The notes beneath the pieces were generated by a model. The model made no database searches. It was given only the letters and a program-made list of their open reading frames with translations, and was not told the DNA's origin. From NCBI RefSeq assembly GCF_009914755.1, contig NC_060925.1: a DNA stretch of 64,000 bases; one strand, 5' to 3'. Each line of letters opens with the position of its first letter. Positions within the stretch are counted from its first letter, which is position 1. The stretch comes from the human T2T-CHM13v2.0 reference genome, Homo sapiens. This document shows, piece after piece, positions 29,577-42,778 of this stretch. The position numbers and the translations under genes are program-made.

Positions 29577-29636
29577 CTTATAACTAAGATAACCAAGTAA
29601 TATTGTTTCAAACAGACTTATCAATGCCACTGAAAC
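29577..29636 (-). CDS. KCNT2: KCNT2 exon 5 (60 nt): VSVALISLFETILLGYLSYK, S2
   Basis: Acceptor ttatctttcag, donor AAG|gtaagt. Phase 0 to 0. Confidence 0.96.
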
Positions 29637-29963
29637 CTGAAAGATAAATTGTAACTTAATGAGAAAACGCAATACAATTAAATTATATATATTCTTGGCT
29701 ATACTACTAACTTTATTTAAATATATGTGCATGTATACATATATGGGTGTATAATAGGACTTATTAGGCGGTACTTTAACTTCTATACACAGATGACAGG
29801 CTGCTGGCCAGAGTTTGCTGTCTCCTGTACTACATCTTAGTTTTCATACATTCTAATACTCCTTAGTAAACCATTTTTAGTTATTATTCAAAATAATATT
29901 AAAATAGGCTGGCTGCAGTTTACATGATATATAAAGAACAGGCTCTTTTATGGGTGTGTTTCG

Positions 29964-30100
29964 TTTTAAAATTTTTTTTAAATAGAAATGGGGTTTTGCA
30001 ATGTTGTCCAGGCTGGTCTCAAGCCCCGGGGCTCAAGCAATCCACCCTACTCAGCATTCCTAAGTGCTGGGATTACAGGCGTGAGCCACCGTACCCAGCT
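29964..30100 (-). mobile_element. Free left Alu monomer (FLAM-like)
   Basis: Single arm with gggctcaagcaatcc. Flanking tg(g/t)gtgtgtttc TSD-like repeat. Confidence 0.85.
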
Positions 30101-30963
30101 ATGTGTGTGTGTTTCTAATACATAAAATCACATGTGACTGTCCACCACAGATAACCACTCTATCCCAGAAGCATGACCATCTGTACCAAAATCAGTATTT
30201 CTCTTCAGAAAATACAGAAAATGAAATAACACACACTTCAAGTTTAATAGTATATTCAATCTTATCACCCATGTGAAACAAAATAAAAAGGCTACATCTT
30301 TGAGTACTAAATAAAATAGACCATACCACCACTTCAAAATACTTTCAGATTTTATTTGAATGAATTTCATAACCAATTCCCCTTGTGCAGATAGAAGTGT
30401 TAGTACTATCTTCCTACGTATGCTTTTATCTTTTTCTATATTCTCTATTGTATACACCATCTCTACTGTTAACTACCAAAAATATATTACTGTGCCACAA
30501 AAAGTAACTAGAAAAAATAATAAAATTATTCTGTGTTAAATACTCTACAACCTTAGGATAGATAAATAGAATCAAATAAGCAAATATAAACAAAAAGTGA
30601 CTCAGGTAAATATATATGTTTATAGATTTTTGAGGTTTAAGACTATTCGAATGAGAACGGCAGATACCCTGGAGATTACATTTTTTCTTCTGTTGGGATA
30701 AAAATCTTTGAATTTAAAAGAATATTAAAACAGGAGAACAATAAGAAAACAGATAAAATGCATAACAGTGTAAGTAAAATATGTTCAGAAGTATGTGCAG
30801 TAGCCAGGCATTATTATGATAGAAAACGCAAATCTCTTTCATTTTCTCCATAAATCCTCTAAATCATAATTACTCATGCTTTTTTTGTAGAAGTACATAG
30901 CATTAGATGATCTCTAGAGCATTTTTAACATTTTACTCAAAGTGCTATTTAAAAATGAACATC

Positions 30964-31361
<398 letters not shown>

Positions 31362-31579
31362 TCATAAAACAATTTATTTTAAATGTGCACTTAATTGAAG
31401 GATAGCTCAGAGATTAAAATACTACATTTTAATGAACATTTCAATATTTTCAGTGTTATTTATGAATTAATATGATATTGCAACAAAAGTCAGAGTAAGG
31501 AAATGTAAAAAACAACTTGACTTTAACAAAACTTAAAACACCCAGGCATAGTAAAAACTTGATTTCATGGTTATGATCA

Positions 31580-31874
31580 CAATGCACACATACTTAAAGT
31601 AATTCATTATCACATACAAATATACAGACTTCACAATCATCGTGACTTTGAAAGACATGTGGAATGAGTGTAGAATGAAAGATATTGAAGACTTGGAAGA
31701 GTGAGAAGGGAGGAAGAGGGTGGATGATGAGAAATTGCCTGGTAAGTGTAACATACATTATTTGAGTGATGGATATAGTGAAAAGCTGGACTTTACCACT
31801 ACTCAAAATAGCTAAGTAATAACATTGCACTTGTACCCCATAAATGTATACAACTTTATGAATAAATAAATAAA
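31580..31874 (+). mobile_element. L1MA-type 3' UTR
   Basis: ggatgatgagaaattgcct..tacattatttgagtgatggatat..gcacttgtaccccataaat, followed by an (AATA)n tail. Confidence 0.75.
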
Positions 31875-32721
31875 CTAGTTTAAAGATTGCTCCTAAGCAG
31901 TGAGTCTTAAAGTCTTTCTCTTTCCTCCAGACTCAAGTGTCTTCCAATCTCCAATTCTTTCTGATGTTGGTGATTCTATTCTTCCGATTAATTTGTAATT
32001 TTTAAAAGCAACAGAAAATAAAAAGGATCTGTAGGAAGTAAACAGAAGTAGAGGCGATAGAAACTTACAAAAAGTTCACTGGGCATGAAATTCAGTAGGA
32101 AACAAAACAAAACAAAGAAGTAACGGAGACTCTAGGGAACACCTCAACAATATAAATCAGACATCTTGTGCTCTGTCATATTTTCTTAGCCTTTCTTAAA
32201 GACTCCTTTTATGCTATGGCATACTTTTGGTTTTATTTACATGATTAATTGCTTAGGAACTAAGCTCTTACTATTGGTGATATGAGTCATTGTTTCATTT
32301 GTTCATTCATTAAATAATTATTTATTGATATTCTACCATATTCCAGACACTAAGAATACAAGGTAAAAAGCAAACACAGTTATAGGCTTTGAGTAACCTT
32401 AAAGGAATCATATAACAGGAATACTTAATGTAGTTTGGGAAAACTTGTGGAGCCTTAAAGCAGTAGTATACTTTGGTTTTCTCCAAACTCTCACAACCTC
32501 TTTAAAATCTAATTCTGATCACGACGAAATCCTCAAGAGGTAGAATGCAGGGCTCAGACAAACAAGAAAAAAGAAATGAAAATGTTAGTCCAAGATGTGC
32601 ATGAAGATTAATCAGGCAGAAAGACAAACTCATTTTGAACATCAAAAGCTCTCCAATAGTACTTCTCTGTGAAATGTGAATAAACCCAGAGATATAGGGA
32701 TAAAACAAAATTGTACATAAC

Positions 32722-32770
32722 CTGTAAGCCCCACAAAGGTAGACTTCTGTTCACCCAAAAGATATGAGAC
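32722..32770 (-). CDS. KCNT2: KCNT2 exon 4 (49 nt): (W)SHIFWVNRSLPLWGLQ
   Basis: Acceptor ttctttttatag, donor CAG|gttatg. Phase 2 to 0. Confidence 0.95.
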
Positions 32771-33539
32771 CTATAAAAAGAATAATAATAAGTTAGTTTT
32801 TTAAAATATGAAAAATCTATTCACTTTTAAAATTCAGTTAAAGTTGGAAATATTAAAATATGCTAGCATAAAAAGACAAAATATCAAAATCAACATTTGA
32901 AAAAACGTTGTTGCCTTAGTTTTCTTTTTGCTAATATTCATTTCTATTCCGATAAAAACTTTTTGAATTTCACTTTTTGTCATTGTTAATAAATTAAAAT
33001 ATGTGACATTATTTAAAGAATGATATGGCAGGGCAGAATAACCTTAAACCCTTTACTGGATAATTCTACACCGAAAAGTCATTTAATAGTCTTCTACAAA
33101 CTCTAAGATATTCTTATTTGTAACAGGACATATATATGTCCTGTATAAATACAACAGTATAAATAACCAGAAAAAAATCAGTAACAGAGTATACAACACA
33201 GTTATATTTCAGACTTGAAGTTTTATAAAATATTTAACATACCATGGAGAACAGTATGACTGGGGTTAACATATTGGGCAAGACAAGGAGTAATCATCTT
33301 TATTCCCTAAAAATGATATATTTTCTGATGATAAAAAGGCTTATGCTCTGGAAAGAACATCATAACACTTATTATCCCTCTAATTCTAATTTTCCACAAT
33401 TTATAACCTAGCTGTGTCTACATCATTTAGTACACAGTTGATTCCAATGGGAGTTACTTACAGCAATATACCCTATTCAGGAAAAGATAAAAATAATTAC
33501 ATTTTCCTGAAGAGAGGCAGGTGAATGGTAGTTTTTCGC

Positions 33540-34275
33540 ATTTAAGTAAACGGTGCCAAATCTCATTTTATTTGGCTACTCAAAACTTGAGCATCCTTTT
33601 AGATACTTTCTTCTCCTGCATCTGTAAATACTAAATTCACTAGCCATCAAACCTTTTCAGTCATTACAACAAAATATCTGCAGAATTCATCTGCTTCTTT
33701 TCGTCTCTACTACCACAATCACCTTATTCTAAGCCACCATTTTTCACAATTGGATGCTTGCAAAAACCTACCAGTGGGAACACTGCACCTTCTTTTGCCT
33801 TCTACCATTTTTCTCCAAGTCGCAAATACACTGATTCTTTCAAAATGCGTTTTAGATCACATTACCCTATTCCCTATTGTGTATTGCCTTTGCACTTCCG
33901 TTAGAATAAAGTTCAAAACAGTTGACATGGCATTCTTAGACTTATTCAAGTGGACTCATTCCTTCCTTCTACAAGCTCTTTTTACATTCTGTCCTCTCAT
34001 CCTAGAAGTCTCAGCTCAACCCTCTGTGTTTCAGGGAAACCCTCTCTGAGGATTCCACTTGATCAACTTTGTCAACTAATCCCTTGGGCCACGTCACCCA
34101 TCACACCTTTCCTGCCACTCATCTCAGTGGAAACTTTATATTTATTTGTATATGTGTTTCTTTAATGGCTGTATCCTTGCAATTACAAGTTCCATAAGAT
34201 AAAATAACTATCTAATTTACTCACCATTATAAACCCAATGCCTTGCTAAGTACCTGCATATATTAAACTAGGTAA
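33540..34275 (+). mobile_element. L2 LINE fragment
   Basis: aaaatatctgcagaattcatctgcttct, ttagaataaagttcaaaac, caagttccataagat...aagtacctgcatat. Confidence 0.6.
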
Positions 34276-34583
34276 CCAATGATCAATGATAAATGGTGCC
34301 AATTAAGTCAAAGGTATAACTTATGGATTCATTATCACTGTCTTTTCTAAAGTGTTTATATTTTTATATTCTGAGTAACATTTGAGAAATCAGACCACAA
34401 CAAGGTGTGTCAGAGTGAAGAGGGATAGATGCCCAGTTTTGTAAGTGGAAAACTATGTGCCACAAAAGTTACTATATTGTCAAGTAGGTAGCAATCTCTG
34501 GAAAAAATTATAAAATAAGTTGCTGAACAGAAGTGCGTATTTTCAAAGAAAATTGGTAATTAACATAGACTTATTAAAATCTG

Positions 34584-35180
34584 CTTGACTTTCATAATCG
34601 CCATTCTGACTGGCATGAGATGGTATCTCACTGTGATTTTGATTTGCATTTTTCCATTGATCAGTGATGTTGAGCTTTTTTTCAATATGTTCATTGGCTG
34701 TGTAAATGTCTTTTTTTTTGAGAATTGTATGTTCATAAACTTTGCCCAGTTTTTGATGGGGTTGTTTTTTTCATGTAAATTTGTTTTAGTTCCTTGTAAA
34801 TTATGGATATTAGACCTTTGTCAGATGGGTAGATTGAAAAAATTTCCTCCCATTCTGTAGGTTGCCTGATATTCACTCTGATTATAGTTTCTTTTGATGT
34901 GCACAAGCTCTTTAGTTTAATAAGATCCTGTTTGTCAATTTTGGCTTTTGTTGCAATTGCTTTTGGCATTTTTGTCATGAAGTCTTTGCCCATGCCTATC
35001 TCCTGAATGGTATTGCCTTGGTTTTCTTCTAGGGCTTTTCTGGTTTTGGGTTTTACATTTAAGTCTTTAACCCATCTTGAGTTAATTTTTGTATAAGGTA
35101 TAAGGAAGGGGTCCAGTTTCAGTTTTCTGCATATGGCTAGCCAGTTTTCCCAGCACCATTTATTGAATAGGAGATCCTTT
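34584..35180 (-). mobile_element. L1PA ORF2 fragment; inverted 5' part of a twin-primed insertion
   Basis: ORF 34733..34993 [21 protein letters not shown] is L1 ORF2. Confidence 0.9.
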
Positions 35181-35710
35181 TTAAAAAGTCAAGAAACAAT
35201 AGATGCTGGAGAATTAGGAACGCTTTTACACTGTTGGTGAGAATGTAAATTAGTTCAACCATTGTCAAAAACAGTACGGCGATTCCTCAAGGAGCTAGAA
35301 CCAGAAATACCATTTGACCCAGCAATCCCATTACTGGGTATATAACCAAAGGAGTATAAATCATTCTACTCTAAAGACACAAGCACACTTATATTTATTG
35401 CAGCACTATTTAAAATGGCAAAGTCATGGAACCAACCAGAATGCCTATCAATGATAGACTGGATAAAAAAATGTGGTACATACACATCATGGAATATTAT
35501 GCAGTCATAAAAAGGAATGAGATCAGGTCCTTTTTAGGGACATGGATGAAGGTGGAAGGCATCATCCTCAGCAAACTAACATAGGAACAGAAAACCAAAC
35601 ACCACATATTCTCACTCATCGGTAGACATTGAACAATGAGATCACATGGACACAGGGAGGGGAACAACACATACCAAGGCCTGTTGGGGATTGGGGGGCG
35701 AGGGGAAGGA
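35181..35710 (+). mobile_element. L1PA ORF2 end and 3'UTR; non-inverted part of the same insertion, 3' end missing
   Basis: ttaaaaagtcaagaaacaatagatgctgg ... gaacaatgagatcacatggacacaggg ... ggggggcgagggga. Confidence 0.9.
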
Positions 35711-37549
35711 AAATGGACAAAAATAATAATAAAGTTAGTTTAAGACTTTTACACTGCCAGTATAGCAGATTTGGTGAAATTAATACTTTCCTAAAGGGTC
35801 CAAAAGAAATAATTTTCTAATGTGTATATCTGAAATTTGTAATACAATCAACTTCGTATTTTTAAAATTCCAAAAGAAATCTGCTTACGTCAAACTAATG
35901 GCATTTTCTTTGGTCTGTGATATTGGTAGGCAATTGAAATGTCATAAAGAATTTAAATAAGAGTTTTAAAAAAGACATACTTATTTCCCAGTCTAGACTA
36001 TGTCTTGTGAAATAGGCTTCAGAATCCATAAAAAAAAAAGTCCTACAAATCTCATATATAAATTTCAAAGAGATCTCCAATGGAAAGACATACTTTTACC
36101 AGTTTCCTTAACATTAAGTTGGATAAATACATAGAAGGAAATGTATATATTTTGGTAAAAACTAGTGTTCAAACCCTCCTTCATAAAATGAATTTATCAT
36201 AAAAAAAAAGAATGTGGGATCTAATCTGCACATTCGTAGATAACCTCCAAAATGAGGAGTGAAACCAAAGCTGACAGCCAAATTATAATTTCAAATGAAA
36301 ATTTAATCTCATTGATAAAAAAAACACTAGGAGGAAAGAAAACATGCACAATAATATTTATTTCAGTATTATTTACAGCAGGAGAGTAACTGGAATCTAC
36401 CTGAATACCTAATAAGAAGAGAATTTAAGTAGCAGATGCATCATCATCAAGTAAAACAACAAAAACATTACAAATGAGGAAAAAGTCATTAAAATATTAC
36501 TTTAGGTCATACCAGTATGTATATGTTATCTATATGTCTGTGTATAGAGAGAATTTGTAAATGGAGTCTTTAAAAATGCTAAAAGTATTTATTCTAGGTG
36601 TTGTGATCTCAGATAATTTTTACTTGCTTGCCATATATATCTATATTGTAATATGCATGAAACATTTTTAAATAATAAACAAATTTCCCTTTCCAAAATA
36701 TAAAAAATTAAATAAAAAAATGCAAAGCAAAACCCAAATATATATCATTTAGTTATTCTGAATTAGACTGTCCTGTTGATAAAATTCATGTATGAAGCAT
36801 TATTGTGAAAACTAAAGGAACCATACCAAACAATAGAAGGAAAAGCAAAAGTTAAATATAGGAACTTAGTAATGTGGCCTCAGCCACTTTTCCCAGAACA
36901 CTTATGAACTGTCTTAAAAGTAGGAAAATAGAGGGTAAAAGTGTGAGAACAGCTTTGGCAGAGGAGGTGGGAGTCAGGAGGTGAATACATTTAGCAGAAG
37001 AACAAAGCATTTGAAAGTAATAGGGTTAACATGCAGGACATAATTCATATGAAAGGATATGTTGCTCACAAACCCAAGATGAACGCAAAGACTGGTAGCT
37101 CTAAAAAAAACCCTAATATAAGCTTGTAATGTATTAACAAATAATAAATAAAACAGGAGGGTAAATTATACAACCCCCCTGACCATAATATACACTAAAA
37201 TCTGAATACTAGATATGATACTAAGCCCACATTTCAAGACGAACATAAAATATTTAATACACATCCAAAAACTAGGTGACCAAAATATGAAAGCATATGA
37301 GTCTTGCCAATATGTTAGAAAGACTTTTCGGTATTTGAATCCTTTCAAAATATTGGAAACATTTAATCCCAGGTTAGACAACCAACTATCAAGGATGTTA
37401 CGGAGAAGACTGATAACTAACTCTTTGAAAGAATGGACATTAAGGGCCCTTCCACCAGACAACGTTAGCTGTCACAGAGTTGGCTCTTTAATTAACATTC
37501 ATTCTCCCCCTTCCACGGCATAGAGTCGAGTGCAAAAAAGTCACTCTTC

Positions 37550-37797
37550 AGTCAACTACATTTCTCAGTCTTTGTGTCAAGGTATGATGATATAACTGGT
37601 TCTCATGTGAGACCTGAGTATGAAGTACAAGCAAAAGTGATGTTTGTCATTTGTTGGCCAATAATTTTTAAAAACATATATGCCTTCTCCAAGCTCTCTT
37701 TCTCTTTCTGAAATCAGGATGCAAAGATTCCGGTCTTAGGACAACACATAATCACAAAATGCAGTGGGCTTGTACATATAGTACCTACCATGTTATG

Positions 37798-37839
<42 letters not shown>

Positions 37840-37985
37840 GTCTGTGTCTGTGTGTGTATGTTTGTGTATGTGAATCATTATATGGAGAAAAGGTTCACAA
37901 TGACCAGAAACACCAGTATTAGACTCCAGTAAACAAAAAAATGCTTTTAAATTTTTGAGATTTGTTAGAGAACTTAGTCCTACTT
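37550..37985 (+). mobile_element. Old MaLR LTR fragment containing a (TG)n microsatellite
   Basis: aactacatttctcagtctttgtg.. and ttttgagatttgttagagaacttagtcc motifs. Confidence 0.4.
37799..37872. repeat. (TG)n microsatellite
   Basis: About 16 perfect TG units followed by a degenerate TG/TATG tail. Confidence 0.95.
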
Positions 37986-40232
37986 CAATCTAAAAAATAA
38001 TCAATATACAAAAAAGAAGAAAAGGTCTGCATTAAAATACTCATTCCTATTGATCATCAAATATTTAAGAGCTATTGTAAAAATTCTATTTTCTTCCTTT
38101 AATAGTTGTTACCCTGAGGAAGAAATCGTATTTAAAATTTGAATTTCACTTAAACACACCATTTGCTATATTAGGCATTGATTTTAAATGGAATCCAAAT
38201 ACCATAAAATAGAAGCATGTTCATGTGCTTCTTACCTGTGTCTCTATCACTTGATGTTAAAAACTAATAATCATTTGAACAATTTTTAAAGTAGATGCAG
38301 ATGCATGAGTTTGGACACAGTGATGAACTGTAAGCATCAGCAGGCAATGAGTTAATGCTGATGGCTCATCTTTCAGTGTAATTTATAAACTACATGCTTC
38401 AGGTGTGCTTCCTTTCCTAACATCTTTAAATCATTTACTACACATTATCTGTACATCACAGTTTACCATTCACACATGGTATATTAACAGTAAAATTCTT
38501 TTCATATTATTCAGTTTTCCCATATTATAATGTTTTCGTATCAGTTTTGATTCCTGAAAGGGATTTAAAAATAAAGCAAAGCAGCACAAAATATCTGCAG
38601 ACTTATCATGTCAGAAGCTCTAATTAAATAAATCTCTTTGATTAATTAGCCTCATTATTTTAAAATAGAGCCTGCACCCATAAAGGCGACTTCTGTTTTT
38701 CATTAACCAATACTGCACTAACCATGGGAGCTAAACAGAACATTGTATTCAAAATGGAACCATAAATATTTTTTAATTACTGTAATCTGATTTTTCAAAT
38801 GTATATCCTCTACAATTATGGCCAAACATTCTTAGTGATATTACATAGAAGTTAATTGTAGGAAACTTTGTTCCTCTTAATGTTTTCAAATAATATAATT
38901 TTACTCTGCTAACACCCACCAAATGCCCTTTTACCCTTAGAAGGATTCCATCATGCTTCATTTTATGATTTTCAGGTCCCACTAGTGTACTTTTTATTTA
39001 TAAATCACCACATTTTAAAAATAATGCTGATATGATTGTAGAATAATTTGTTACATGAACCATTTTAATAACACTGACATCTCCAGGCAGTAGTCCTCAA
39101 TCATTTTTATTGTGCAACACACTATCAATAAAATTGCTGAGCATCATTTCATTAATTCAGCAGCATTCACTGACCTACCAAGTCCTATGCTTAGTGTGAG
39201 AGCTATGGAGGAAAACACAGCATGGTTCTTGCCCTTGGTGAGCATATAGAAAGGACTGATAAGTGAATGGTAAAATCAAGGGCAATGCTTTGGCTGTTGT
39301 GAGAGAAGTATGTGGGAGAGCACCCAGAAGATACTCCTAAGCCAGAGTGGAACTGGGCTACAAGGCACAATACCCATAAGGATTTTAGATTAACTGTTAT
39401 CCATAAAGTTGTTTTCCTGAAGGTCCTGGAGTCCAGAAGCAAGTCAAAAAAGTGTGGGTTGTGAGGAGCAGGAAACTTAATTTCCCAGAAGAGGGAGAAG
39501 AATGTTAAAAGCCCCAGAGGAAGGGAGATCAAAGGTGCATAAGCTACTTCAAGCAGTTCAGCATAGCTGGAGTAGGGGGCTGATGAGGTAGAGTAGGCAA
39601 AAGTTAGATTACTAAGGAACTTCTTTTACTCATGTATCCATTCATTCATTTAACAAATAACTATTGTTTGCCACTTTGTGCCAGGCTCTGGGGATTCAGG
39701 CAATGATCCTTGCTGTCATGGAATATCCTCTCTAGTATTCATGGAATACCACAGAAAACAAAATAAATGAATAAAATTAGGTAGAATATGTAAAAGAGAA
39801 ACAGTCTCTAGAGAAAAAAAAAGAAAAAGAAGAAAACTATTAAGGGAGTCTTATGAGGAGATTACAATGTTAAATAGGAAGCTTCATATTATCTTTTGGG
39901 AGTATCTGAAAATCAAGAACAAAATTGCATTCGGGTCTTTAAAGAGACTTACCCATTTTAAAACAAAAACTACTTAATGCACTTTGGCTAGCAATAAAAT
40001 TTTATGCCTAACAGTCCAATATTAGCATCAGACAAACAGAAAAATAATAAAAGATACTTACAAAGAACCTACAAGAATTATGTAGTGCCTGTAAATCGAT
40101 CAATTTTATTTGTGACAAACACCTAAAATACCCTTAAAAATTAAGCTCTACACAACATGCTTTAAATTTAAAATGTGATACAACTCAAAATAATCAAAAT
40201 AATATTGTTGAAGGTCAGAAAAAGGTACCTTA

Positions 40233-40361
<129 letters not shown>

Positions 40362-40779
40362 TCATCTGAACTTAGTTCACAAAAGACTAAAAAGAATTGT
40401 CAAAAATATCAAATTTAAATACAGCACTTAAATTGTATTTAGAAGCTGCACTACTATAATTGTCTAAACTCTCTGAAGTTCTTGGTGGCTGAATTTTAAT
40501 TACCTGAATATTGAAACAAAAAGTGAGTTTGACAGAATACTTGAACTGCAAATGAGAGTGCATATTTTATAAAAAGACTAAATCTAGATTTGAACATTCA
40601 GAAGCCACAAAATTTGTGTCCAATCGAGGTTGATTAAAGTATGTTTATATGTTTAAGCATTTTATACATCCATAAATTTTGGGATAAACTTTGGCTAGAA
40701 AATCTAGCTGCTTACAAATTCACAAGCCAAGTTATAAAACTTATACCTTCACAGAATCTTGTAGATTTGATTATAAAGA

Positions 40780-40920
40780 AATTAATTATATTTGTATAGT
40801 TCTATGTTGTATATTTAATATTAACTATATAATTATAATACATTCCAATTATATAATTATATATATTATTTATTCATTATATAATAATATATATTATATA
40901 AGTATAGAGAAATCTTAATA
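40780..40920. repeat. AT-rich low-complexity (TA-type) tract
   Basis: Almost exclusively A/T, TATA/TAAT periodic. Confidence 0.8.
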
Positions 40921-42491
40921 GCATACACTGAGAAACACACACACGATCAATCTCTCCATTTCTCTCACATACACACACATACGTTTAAAGTTCAATAAAT
41001 TAAATTCTATTTTTAACTATTTAAAATACCCATGGAATCTTAAACTTTTGTGGGAATTAAAACTGCCATGTATGTATCTTCTAAACTGTGTGGGTCACAA
41101 TTATGCAGCCTGTAATATTCAATGATGATGAAGAGTATTTAAGATTAAGCACAATATGCATAAAGTCTGATTAATATGAGCATTATCTTTCCTGTAATTA
41201 CTTTACGATATCTGATTCATGCATTATGAATAAAATTTTGATAAAGGCCTTCCTATAATTATTACTTAATAAAATCTAGAAATGAAATGTCACTTTTTTT
41301 GTCCTACTCTGCTGTTGTGAGTGTACTTGTGGTAACAGTTCTTACCAGTAAAAAGGTCGATGCTTATCATTTGTGAAATTTTTCCAAGGTTTTCCAATTA
41401 AAATGCTGAATACATTTTATGGGTTCACTTCCTTAAAAAATCTTTCAAATTATTAAAGAAATTATGCTGGTTTTATAGAAATGGGCCTCCTCAAATAACT
41501 GCTTAGTTGCAGCTGACTATGGGTGAAGTATTCAAACAATGCATCCACCTTTTTTGGCCTGGAAAGATAGGACTGTTAGTACTGAAATAAGGGAAACTAT
41601 TCAGATGATGTGACCCCTTTAGGTAATATCTATTTATGGGGCTTCCTTGGATATTCTGAACAACCATGTTAGAAAAACATTAGTTGCTAACAGTCTTAAC
41701 CTTGAGGCCAGCCTGTCATTAAGACTATCTGAGCAGTATGACTTAAATATTGAAATATTCCATATCATCAGTATTTGGACAACTTCCCACAAGTCAAGCT
41801 TCTCTCTTTGAATCCTACCTACAGAGGCACAACTTAATTTTGACAAGAGGATTTGGAGGTTAAAATTCACAGAGCTTAATGTCTACACCAACTAATGCAG
41901 GCCTCTCCATTCCCTGTGACATTGTAAGCAATGACCATAAAAAAAATTGCATATTGGTTTATTACATATGGCTTTTTAAACATATATGGCATTGTGGGAA
42001 GCAACAAGCATCAGCGGCACTCCTAACCTTGAATAGGCTCAGGAGGACAGTTACTATGCCAATTTTGTATTCTTGAAGTTCTACTTTGTTACTTTCTTAC
42101 ATTTGTCTGATGATAGGAATCACTGGGATGTTAAACTCTGAGATCTACCCTACACTTCCTGGCTCAAAATCTCTAGGCTAAGAAAGATAGGAATCTGTAT
42201 ATTTCAGTGCAACCTAGATGTTTCTTATTATTTGGAATGATTAGGAAATATTAAACGTTCCCTTCCCTAAATCAGACAATTGTTTCCCATTGTGGTCTGT
42301 CAGAGCTTTTTGAAAATACGATATTTAGAGTTAAAATGGAAGGACCCTCATTTAAATTATTTTCCTCAATGTTTATACTAATCCAGATAGTCCACTCAGA
42401 AGTCTACTTATTAACATGGAATTTGGAGAATTGAAGATGTTCAAGAAGCATTAATATCACTATATGTAGTGCCTATACTTTTCTAAAATGT

Positions 42492-42567
42492 TACCACCTG
42501 CTGGAAAAAATAACCAATTTTATTCCTCTACCACCTGCTGGAAAAAATAACCAATTTTATTCCTCTA
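42492..42567. repeat. Perfect 37-bp tandem duplication
   Basis: taccacctgctggaaaaaataaccaattttattcctc x2. Confidence 0.97.
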
Positions 42568-42571
42568 TCTA

Positions 42572-42778
<207 letters not shown>

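Noticed and set aside
38467-38553. 87-nt AG..GT segment (phase 2-2) as the missing KCNT1-like exon
   Set aside because: Four in-frame stops, a weak donor (ATG|GTAAAC) and no peptide similarity.
38773-38982. ORF ending HNCRGYTFEKSDYSN, faintly like the KCNT1 S1-S2 loop
   Set aside because: No convincing splice sites in the required phase; the resemblance is at chance level.
42492-42567. 37-bp repeats as a CRISPR array
   Set aside because: Only two adjacent copies with no spacer, in a primate intron with no cas genes.
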